This document shows positions 34,771-41,448 of a stretch of DNA of 41,448 nucleotides, one piece after another. The stretch comes from Clostridia bacterium. GTDB lineage: Bacteria > Bacillota > Clostridia > Oscillospirales > CAG-272. The stretch's first letter is position 1. Each line of letters begins with the position of its first letter. The notes under the pieces were generated by a model. That model had not been told where the DNA came from. It did no database searches and worked only from the letters and a program-made list of their open reading frames with translations. The translations under genes and the position numbers were made by a program. The stretch is from NCBI GenBank assembly GCA_017504545.1, contig JAFVRA010000074.1, positions 1-41,448 on the forward strand, read 5' to 3'.

Positions 34771-36111
34771 TTAAAATCTGGACAGGAACACGCCTGCCGC
34801 TACTGCAGAACCGATAACGCCCGCAACGTTGGGGCCCATCGCGTGCATAAGGAGGAAGTTCGAGGGATCCTCCTTCTGACCAACAGTCTGTGAAACTCTT
34901 GCCGCCATAGGAACTGCGGAAACGCCCGCAGAGCCGATAAGGGGATTGATCTTGCCGCCCGAAAGCCAGTTCATTATCTTCGCGGTGATAAGTCCGCCGC
35001 AGGTAGAAATGCTGAAGGCTACGAGTCCAAGGCAGATGATAAAGATGGTTTCAAGACGCAGGAAGTTTGCCGCACTTGCAGTAGCACCTACAGAGATGCC
35101 GAGGAATATGGTAACGATATTCATAAGCTCGTTCTGAGCGGTCTTGGAAAGTCTGTCGGTCACGCCGCAAACGTTGAGCAGGTTACCGAGCATAAGACAA
35201 CCTACGAGCGTAGCTGCATCGGGAAGAATAAGTCCTACAACGAAGGTAACGATCAAGGGGAAAAGTATCTTCTCGGTCTTGGATACCTGACGAAGTGCGC
35301 TCATCTTGATCATGCGCTCCTTCTTGGTGGTGAACAGCTTCATGAAGGGAGGCTGTATCATAGGAATAAGAGCCATATAGCTGTACGCCGCGATAGCTAT
35401 CGCGCCAAGCAGGTGAGGAGCGAGAGTTTTGGTAACGAGTATTGCCGTAGGTCCGTCCGCACCGCCGATAATACCGATCGAAGCCGCCTCCTCGGGAGTA
35501 AATCCGAGAAGAAGAGCGCCTGCAAAGGCTATAAATACGCCAAGCTGTGCGCCTGCACCGATAAAGAGGCTCTTGGGGTTGGAAATAAGGGGGGAGAAGT
35601 CGGTCATAGCGCCGATACCTATAAAGATAAGGCAAGGATAGATTCCAAACTTTACGCCAAGGTAAAGGAGATCGAGAAGACCGCCGTTCTTGAGCACCGC
35701 ACCGTAGTTTATCTCGGTAAGCGAGTGCATCAGGCTGTCGTACGCTTCCTGGGTGAATACCACGTCAGAGGTACCCGAGAAGATCGCATCTACGCCTACA
35801 CCGTGCTCGAGAAGCTGAGTGTATTCAGCTACCGAGAGAATTCCGTCCTTAAAGGCGAGTTCAAGCGCGTCAACCGCCTCCTGAGGAGGAATAAAGAAAT
35901 CAAGATGGAACATTCCACTACCGGGAAGATTGGTAAGAAGCATACCTATCGCGATAGGCAAAAGCAACAGCGGCTCGAACTTCTTGACTATTGCAAAATA
36001 GACAAGAACGAACGCGATGATAAACATAACTAAGGTCTGCCACCAATCGCTGCTTGCAAACATTCGCGCTATTCCCGTAGTGTTCAAGAAATTTTGTATC
36101 GTTTCAAGCAT
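34771..36111 (-). CDS. Sodium ion-translocating decarboxylase beta subunit
   Basis: 446 aa polytopic membrane protein. LLLPIAIGMLLTN, GAGAQLGVF and GIIGGADGPT are typical of OadB/MmdB/GcdB. Confidence 0.85.
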   Translation of the reverse strand: MLETIQNFLNTTGIARMFASSDWWQTLVMFIIAFVLVYFAIVKKFEPLLLLPIAIGMLLTNLPGSGMFHLDFFIPPQEAVDALELAFKDGILSVAEYTQLLEHGVGVDAIFSGTSDVVFTQEAYDSLMHSLTEINYGAVLKNGGLLDLLYLGVKFGIYPCLIFIGIGAMTDFSPLISNPKSLFIGAGAQLGVFIAFAGALLLGFTPEEAASIGIIGGADGPTAILVTKTLAPHLLGAIAIAAYSYMALIPMIQPPFMKLFTTKKERMIKMSALRQVSKTEKILFPLIVTFVVGLILPDAATLVGCLMLGNLLNVCGVTDRLSKTAQNELMNIVTIFLGISVGATASAANFLRLETIFIICLGLVAFSISTCGGLITAKIMNWLSGGKINPLIGSAGVSAVPMAARVSQTVGQKEDPSNFLLMHAMGPNVAGVIGSAVAAGVFLSRF

Positions 36112-36153
36112 ACAACTGTTTTCCTTTCATTAAATTTGGCAAATGAGAGAAAA

Positions 36154-36549
36154 TCAGTTGAGAGTTACGAGAAGAGCATCGGTCTCAACGCTTGCGCCCT
36201 GAGCAACCTCAACGCTTGCAACTACGCCATCCTGGGGAGCGCAGATGTCATTCTCCATCTTCATAGCCTCGAGAACTATGAGAACGTCGCCCTTCTTTAC
36301 AGAAGCACCAACCTTGCAGTTGACCTTCATAATGTTGCCGGGCATAGGAGCCTTAACGCTTACTGCGCCTGCTGCTCCGCTTGCCTTAGGAGCTGCGGGA
36401 GCTGCCTTGGGTGCTGCGGCAGGAGCTGCTACGGGAGCTGCAGGAGCTGCTACGGGAGCTGCTGCTACGGGCGCGGAAGCGGTTGCGCCTACTTCTTCAA
36501 CTTCAACAGTATAGGTAACACCGTTAACGGTAATGTTATAAGTTTTCAT
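36154..36549 (-). CDS. Biotin carboxyl carrier subunit (biotin/lipoyl attachment domain)
   Basis: 131 aa. Ala/Pro-rich linker, then VLEAMKMEN, the biotinyl-lysine motif. Confidence 0.85.
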   Translation of the reverse strand: MKTYNITVNGVTYTVEVEEVGATASAPVAAAPVAAPAAPVAAPAAAPKAAPAAPKASGAAGAVSVKAPMPGNIMKVNCKVGASVKKGDVLIVLEAMKMENDICAPQDGVVASVEVAQGASVETDALLVTLN

Positions 36550-36582
36550 AATTAATACCTCAAACCTTTCAAATAAGTTAAA

Positions 36583-36969
36583 TTATTTAGAATTCCACGC
36601 CTTGCCGCCGTTAGTTCTGCGGAAGGACACTACTCTGAAGCCCTCGGGGGCGACTTCATTACCCTGACTTGCCTCGTAAGCAACGATAGCAGCAGTAAGA
36701 ACTGCGATAAGCTCTGCGTCGTTATTCGCCGCAGGTGCTACCACCGGCTCGGGAACTGCTACGGGCTCTGCCTTGGGAGCGGCAGGCTCGCTCTTTTTCT
36801 TGGGCTCGGGCTTTGCGAAGATAAACTTAAAGAGCACAAGCACTGCCCAAAGGATAGCGAGAACGGCAAATATCATTCCCATACCGAGAAGCGGCATCTG
36901 CCACATCATTTCTAAGGTCTCAGCCGAGATAGCTGCCGCTGTCGGCTGAATAAATCCGTTTATAAACAT
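36583..36969 (-). CDS. OadG/MmdD-family small membrane subunit
   Basis: 128 aa. TM LLGMGMIFAVLAILWAVLVLF, Pro/Ala/Lys linker, and C-terminal ELIAVLTAAIVAYE typical of OadG-family proteins. Confidence 0.7.
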   Translation of the reverse strand: MFINGFIQPTAAAISAETLEMMWQMPLLGMGMIFAVLAILWAVLVLFKFIFAKPEPKKKSEPAAPKAEPVAVPEPVVAPAANNDAELIAVLTAAIVAYEASQGNEVAPEGFRVVSFRRTNGGKAWNSK

Positions 36970-36984
36970 TTGCTACCTCCGAAA

Positions 36985-38364
36985 TCAGAGAGGCATATTC
37001 GCATGTCTGCGAGTGGGGTTGCCCTCTGCCTTGGATGCGAGCATTGCAAACGAAGCGCAAATTCTCGCGCGAAGCTCCTCGGGAGCAACTACGTCGTCTA
37101 TCTCGCCGCAGTCGCAAGCCTCAGATGCCGACGCGCACTTCTCTTTCCACTCGTTCTCAAGCTCCTCGCGGCTCTGCTCGCCAACCTTGGAGTTCCAAAC
37201 GAATGCAACAGACGCCTCAGGCGAGAGAACGCTGATGCAAGCGGTGGGGAGTGCGAGAGCCATATCAGCGCCTACCGACTTAGAGCCGAGAAGCGTGAAC
37301 GCCGCGCCGTACGCCTTGCCTACGACTACCGTAAGCTTTGCGTTCTCAGAAGAGGTGTAAGCGTAAGCAAGTCTTGCAAGCTCAGACGCGTAAGCCGCGC
37401 TTTCAGCCTCAAGGCTTACCTCAAGTCCCTCGCTGTCAACGAGAGTGAGCACGGGGATCGAGAAGCTGTCGCACAGACCGACGAGCTTCGAGATAGCTCT
37501 TGCGGACTTGATATCAAGAATTCCCTTATTTTCGGGGTTAGAAGCAACTACGCCTGCGGTGATGCCGCCAAAGGAAGCAAATCCGAGAACGAAGTTATTG
37601 GTGTAATCAGCATAAATGCGAGTGAACGCGCCGTTATCAGCGAGAGTAGCAACGAGTTCCTCTGCCTTGTAGTTATCTGCATCAACTGCAACCGCTCTGT
37701 TCATATCGTCAGCGCACTCGGTGTAAGCGCCGCTCGCGTTGTTAGCGGGAAGAAGAGCGATGAGCTTTCTCGCGTAAGCAAAAGCGTCTGCCTCGTCCTT
37801 CGCGTTGTATGCGGAGAGACCGTGCTCAGCCGCGAAATCAGCCTTGCCTGCCTCAGCTCCTACAACGAAGGGAGAATTTACGTAAAGCTTGGAAGCATCC
37901 TTAACGGTCACTACGAAATCAAACATAGAAGCCGCAACAGCAGAGGATCCTCCGCAAACGCCGTCTATAACTGCTATCTGAGGAACTATTCCCGAAGCAT
38001 CTGAGATGCACTTCATAAATCTTCCGTAAGCCGCCATAGCCGCCGCGCCGTCGTAGATAACTGCGCCCGCGCTGTCAAACACGCCTATGATGGGTGCGCC
38101 GTTCTTAATTGCAAGAGAGTAGAGATTTGCTATCTTTCTTGCATGGCGCTCGCCAAACGCGCCCTTGGTTCTGCCGCTGTCCTGAACGAATGCGAAGGCA
38201 AGCTCGCCGCTCACCGCTCCGTAGCCGCAAAGGACACCCTCAAAATCAGCCTCACTGCCCTGACGCTTCGTATATGCGCCAAGCTCGACAAAGGTTCCGG
38301 CGTCAAATATCGCCTCAAGCTTTGCCTTGGACTGACCGTACATTTTTTCGTCAATCTGTACCAT
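36985..38364 (-). CDS. Acyl-CoA carboxyltransferase (MmdA/GcdA/PccB family), divergent and short
   Basis: ORF trimmed to ATG 38364 (GGAGG 6 nt upstream). Carboxyl-transferase blocks are GTFVELGAY, CGYGAVSG..AFAFVQD, PIIGVFDSAGAVIYDG and PQIAVIDGVCGGSSA. Confidence 0.75.
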   Translation of the reverse strand: MVQIDEKMYGQSKAKLEAIFDAGTFVELGAYTKRQGSEADFEGVLCGYGAVSGELAFAFVQDSGRTKGAFGERHARKIANLYSLAIKNGAPIIGVFDSAGAVIYDGAAAMAAYGRFMKCISDASGIVPQIAVIDGVCGGSSAVAASMFDFVVTVKDASKLYVNSPFVVGAEAGKADFAAEHGLSAYNAKDEADAFAYARKLIALLPANNASGAYTECADDMNRAVAVDADNYKAEELVATLADNGAFTRIYADYTNNFVLGFASFGGITAGVVASNPENKGILDIKSARAISKLVGLCDSFSIPVLTLVDSEGLEVSLEAESAAYASELARLAYAYTSSENAKLTVVVGKAYGAAFTLLGSKSVGADMALALPTACISVLSPEASVAFVWNSKVGEQSREELENEWKEKCASASEACDCGEIDDVVAPEELRARICASFAMLASKAEGNPTRRHANMPL

Positions 38365-38444
38365 AATGTGCCTCCGTTTCATCTTTTGAGAGTATTTTTT
38401 GTCAGTGGTTTTTCAATCTACCACATTACCCCAATTTTAATGTA

Positions 38445-38473
38445 ATTCTACCACAATTCGTACACTTTTTCAA
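38445..38473 (-). promoter_or_regulatory. SigmaA-type promoter of the decarboxylase operon
   Basis: Minus strand reads TTGAAA-N17-TAGAAT (tgtggTAGAAT, the same extended -10 as paralog B), ~80 nt upstream of ATG 38364. Confidence 0.45.
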
Positions 38474-38605
38474 GCAAAGTGGCAAAATATATTTGTTAAT
38501 TTTATGTGAACTTTGGTATATACAGATATTATTCCCTCATATACGCCTTATAAACCAAATATATATGTCTTAAACCAACATTCAGAACAAAAAAAGGAGA
38601 ACGGT

Positions 38606-39067
38606 ATGAAAAATACGAGCTCTTCACACAAAGCACCAAAAAATCCCCATAGCTCACGCGAGAGAAGCCGCATCGGTGGGCTGATCGTCAGCATTGCGAC
38701 AGGCGCAGGGCTTGGTCTGATCTGCTTTTTTCTTTTAATACTTATTTTCTCAGGTCTTTGCCTTGCACTTGAGAACCCCCACTCACTCACATTTGCGCTC
38801 AGCCTTGCCGCTATATATCTCTCAGCCCTCGCGGCAGGCTTTGCATCGGTCAGAAAGAATCACAAGTGCGACGCGCTTCTGTGCGGCGCTCTGACGGGCT
38901 TGACGTTTATGCTCGCCCTTTGCGCGCTTCTTTTATTGATCCCGACGGGCGCAGAGAGCGCGCCGAGCAACGCTTTTGTCCTCCGAATACTCGTTTTGCC
39001 TCTCTCTATTGCGGGTTCATTTCTCGGAAGGGTGCAAAAGAAGGTCAAAAGGTACAAAAAGTTTTAA
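38606..39067 (+). CDS. Small polytopic membrane protein (4 TM), unknown function
   Basis: ORF 38513..39067 trimmed to ATG 38606 (AAGGAGAA RBS). Basic N-terminus, four hydrophobic segments, and a KKVKRYKKF tail. Confidence 0.65.
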   Translation: MKNTSSSHKAPKNPHSSRERSRIGGLIVSIATGAGLGLICFFLLILIFSGLCLALENPHSLTFALSLAAIYLSALAAGFASVRKNHKCDALLCGALTGLTFMLALCALLLLIPTGAESAPSNAFVLRILVLPLSIAGSFLGRVQKKVKRYKKF

Positions 39068-39147
39068 AAATTCAAATATTTTTTAAAAAAAGTTAAAAAT
39101 TCTATTGATTTTTGTCGAACTATATGATAACATATAATTAACTTAAT

Positions 39148-39302
39148 GATAGAGGTGCGGGAAGGATAAGTACGCCGAGCAAACGGGCGGCTCCGTCGGG
39201 TGAAAGGTCTTCTTGCCGAAGCTTTATGTAAAAGCCGTTTTGCATATCGCTGGTGCAATCGCAGAATATGCCTTGCACTGTCACATTTTGTGGAGCGCTA
39301 TC
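39148..39302 (+). promoter_or_regulatory. Lysine riboswitch (L-box) aptamer
   Basis: Conserved L-box blocks are GATAGAGGTGC at the 5' end, internal GCCGAAG, and CACTGTCA...TGGAGCGCTATC at the 3' end. P1 pairs GATAG with CTATC. A terminator and a transporter gene follow. Confidence 0.8.
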
Positions 39303-39323
39303 TTAACTTGCATCGGTAATTTT

Positions 39324-39353
39324 ACCGCAAGAGCTCCGCTCTTGCGGTTTTTT
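39324..39353 (+). terminator. Riboswitch expression-platform terminator
   Basis: ACCGCAAGAG-ctcc-GCTCTTGCGGT followed by TTTTTT, 35 nt upstream of ATG 39388. Confidence 0.8.
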
Positions 39354-39387
39354 ATTTACAAAAATCAAAAAACAAAGGAGAGTTAAA

Positions 39388-40938
39388 ATGGACGGTACCT
39401 TATGGGCTTTCTTGCCGGCGGTCATTGCTATCGTGCTTGCGCTGGTAACGAAGCAGGTTTACGTTTCTCTGTTCTTGGGAATATTCGTCGGCGCGATGAT
39501 GTACGCAGGCGGCAATCCCCTCAACGCGATGTTCACACTCTTCCAGGTAATGAGCGAGAAGGTCGGCTCTAACACCCCGATCATCGTTTTCCTCGTCGTG
39601 CTTGGAATTCTTGTAGTTCTTTTGCAGAAGTCGGGCGGCGCTAAGGCGTACGGCGACTGGGCAGGCAAGAAGATAAAGTCCAAGGGCGGCGCTCTTGCGG
39701 CTACCGCGGCACTCGGTTGCCTTATCTTCGTTGACGACTATTTCAACTGCCTTACAGTCGGCTCTGTAATGCGTCCCGTTACCGATAAGTTCAAGATCTC
39801 GAGAGCAAAGCTCGCTTATATCATCGACTCCACCGCAGCGCCCGTCTGCATCATCGCTCCTATCTCGAGCTGGGCGGCAGCAGTTGCAGGTGAGCTTGAG
39901 GGCGACGGTCTGATGGTATTTATCAGCACCATCCCCTTCAACGTATATGCGATACTCACTCTCATTATGGTATTTGCACTCTGCATCTTTAAGTTTGACT
40001 TCGGCAAGATGAAGAAGAACGAGCTTATCGCAGAGACCACGGGCGATCTCCACGCAGGTGCTGAGGAAAACTCCGAGAGCAGCGCTGAGATAATTGCCAA
40101 CCCCAAGGGTAAGGTACACCACCTCGTTATCCCCGTTATCATTCTTATCATCTGCTGTATCGGCGGAATGCTCTTCACGGGCTTCTTCTACAACTGGGAT
40201 ACAGGCCTTATCGGCTCCGAGCTTCAGTCTGCTAACGTCATCGAGGCGTTCTCCAACTGTGATGCAGGTATGTCGCTCGCTATCGGCTCTACATTCGCGC
40301 TTATCATTATCGCTATCTACTACATGATCGCTCGCGTAGTCTCCTTCAAGGAGATCACGGGAAGCTTCACAGAGGGCTTCAAGGCAATGGTTCCCGCGAT
40401 ACTTATTCTTACTTTCGCATGGTCTATCTCGGGCATTATGGGCGCTAAGGGCGGATACCTTGACGCGCAGTCCTTCGTTGCAGAGAATCTCGCCAACAGC
40501 GCATTCCCGCAGTTCCTCTTCCCTGCTATCTTCTTTGTTCTCGCAGGCGCTATCGCGTTTGCAACAGGAACGTCCTGGGGAACCTTCGGCGTGCTCGTTC
40601 CGATCGCAGTAACCATTCTCGGAAGCAGCGGAACTATGGTTCTTCTCACAGTTTCCGCAACCCTTGGCGGCGCGGTATTCGGCGACCACATTTCTCCCAT
40701 TTCGGACACCACCATTCTCGCCTCTGCGGGCGCTGAGTGCAACCACGTTGACCACGTAAACACCCAGCTACCGTATGCTATGTCGGTAGCCGCAATAGCT
40801 GCGGTCTCCTACGTTATAGCAGGACTTTGCGCGAGCCTCGGCGGCGTTCTCTGCGGCGTGATCATGTGGGCATCTGCTCTCGTTTTCTTCGCAGGATTAG
40901 TCCTCATAGTCAAAATGGCAGGCAAAAAGAAAGCGTAA
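39388..40938 (+). CDS. NhaC-family Na+/H+ antiporter-type transporter (lysine-riboswitch controlled)
   Basis: 516 aa, ~11-12 TM. FVDDYFNCLTVGSVMRP, IIDSTAAPVC and FGDHISPISDTT blocks are typical of the NhaC family. GGAGAG RBS. Confidence 0.8.
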   Translation: MDGTLWAFLPAVIAIVLALVTKQVYVSLFLGIFVGAMMYAGGNPLNAMFTLFQVMSEKVGSNTPIIVFLVVLGILVVLLQKSGGAKAYGDWAGKKIKSKGGALAATAALGCLIFVDDYFNCLTVGSVMRPVTDKFKISRAKLAYIIDSTAAPVCIIAPISSWAAAVAGELEGDGLMVFISTIPFNVYAILTLIMVFALCIFKFDFGKMKKNELIAETTGDLHAGAEENSESSAEIIANPKGKVHHLVIPVIILIICCIGGMLFTGFFYNWDTGLIGSELQSANVIEAFSNCDAGMSLAIGSTFALIIIAIYYMIARVVSFKEITGSFTEGFKAMVPAILILTFAWSISGIMGAKGGYLDAQSFVAENLANSAFPQFLFPAIFFVLAGAIAFATGTSWGTFGVLVPIAVTILGSSGTMVLLTVSATLGGAVFGDHISPISDTTILASAGAECNHVDHVNTQLPYAMSVAAIAAVSYVIAGLCASLGGVLCGVIMWASALVFFAGLVLIVKMAGKKKA

Positions 40939-40950
40939 CGCATAAAAACC

Positions 40951-40982
40951 ACGAGCCCCGACACCGTCGGGGCTCGTTTTTT
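40951..40982 (+). terminator. Rho-independent terminator
   Basis: ACGAGCCCCGAC-acc-GTCGGGGCTCGT followed by TTTTTT. Confidence 0.85.
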
Positions 40983-41017
40983 GTCCTCGCCTTATTATTT
41001 GGTGTCATCTTTATGAT

Positions 41018-41370
41018 TTTAGGAGACGATATCCTTGGCAGTCCTAAAATTCGTTTGTAGGGGAGGATATTATCCTCCCGCCATTTATAAAAATATCATT
41101 GCGATTTGCACGGGCAGTCGGGGACGCCTGCCCCTACGGGTTTGTGCGCGTTTGATATTTTTGATTGTAGGGACCGACGTCCTCGGCGGTCCTAAAAATC
41201 GGACGTGCAATGCACGCCCCTACGGGTTTAATAGTTGTTCTCATATTTGCCTGTAGGGGAGCATTCAATATGCTCCCGAAGAAGAAAGGGCGGATATGGA
41301 ATCCGCCCCTACGGACAAAACATAAAAATTCGCACCCATTTTGTAGGAGACGCCATCCTTGGCAGTCCCG
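41018..41370. repeat. Cluster of eight REP/BIME-like palindromic units with GTAGG heads in alternating orientation
   Basis: - Forward units start at 41020, 41058, 41167, 41253 and 41343 (t/gTAGG + stem-loop).
- Reverse units end in CCCCTACGG at 41112-41140, 41201-41226 and 41288-41314.
- Example stems: GGGAGGATA/TATCCTCCC, GGGCAG/CTGCCC, GGGAGCAT/ATGCTCCC, GGGCGGAT/ATCCGCCC. Confidence 0.7.
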
Positions 41371-41395
41371 TTTGCTCGGCGTAGTCTTACCAAAA

Positions 41396-41448
41396 GCCTT
41401 CTCCAGTGGGAGAAGGTGCCGAGGAACGAGGCGGATGAGGTGTCATTA
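41396..41448. repeat. Structured four-hairpin intergenic repeat, copy 3 (left arm only, cut by window end)
   Basis: CCTTCTCC-agtg-GGAGAAGG, then tgccgaggaacgaggcgg, then aTGAGGTGTCA. The order parallels the left arms at 15394 and 29872. Confidence 0.5.

Noticed and set aside
33363-38004. Plus-strand ORFs 33363..34817 (484 aa), 35413..36033 and 36970..38004 (344 aa)
   Set aside because: They are antisense shadows of the decarboxylase operon genes.
39400-40755. 451-aa minus-strand ORF
   Set aside because: It is antisense to the NhaC-family transporter. It is Arg/Asp/Glu-rich and has no start context.
40827-41256. ORFs 40827..41060 and 41035..41256
   Set aside because: They span the NhaC gene's 3' end and terminator and the REP-like palindromes (CRGGYYPPA, VGTDVLGGP). 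They are repeat-derived pseudo-ORFs.
41018-41370. Possible CRISPR array
   Set aside because: The repeat units differ in sequence, alternate in orientation, and have irregular 25-60-nt gaps. No cas genes or leader are present. The region fits REP/BIME better.

Overview
The window looks like chromosomal DNA from a spore-forming Clostridia (Oscillospiraceae/Ruminococcaceae-like; taxonomy is inference), GC-rich by eye with very biased codon use.

**Gene content, in order**
- Three tandem paralogs of a large secreted surface protein. One is broken by a single in-frame TAG.
- A P-loop ATPase, then a complete spoIIIAA-AH sporulation operon with a sigmaE-type promoter.
- A membrane-anchored protein of unknown function.
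- whiA, murB and a HAD nucleotidase.
- An AT-rich module encoding a sigma factor, a membrane protein and a subtilase-like protein.
- coaE, a lytic transglycosylase, an M18 aminopeptidase, prfA, tsaC and a ParC/GyrA-like subunit.
- An XRE-TPR regulator convergent with a CHAP cell-wall hydrolase.
- A five-gene Na+-translocating biotin decarboxylase operon that carries two different carboxyltransferases.
- A small membrane protein.
- A lysine riboswitch controlling an NhaC-family transporter.

**Intergenic DNA** holds two repeat classes. One is a four-hairpin, two-fold symmetric element with three copies. The other is a terminal cluster of REP/BIME-like palindromes with GTAGG heads.

**Candidates for undescribed biology**
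1. A Cys-containing tripartite C-terminal anchor or sorting signal shared by four secreted proteins.
2. The recombining surface-protein array.
3. The sigma / membrane protein / catalytically degenerate subtilase module, sitting in a compositionally foreign block.
4. The structured repeat families.

All homology calls come from motif recognition by eye. No searches were run.
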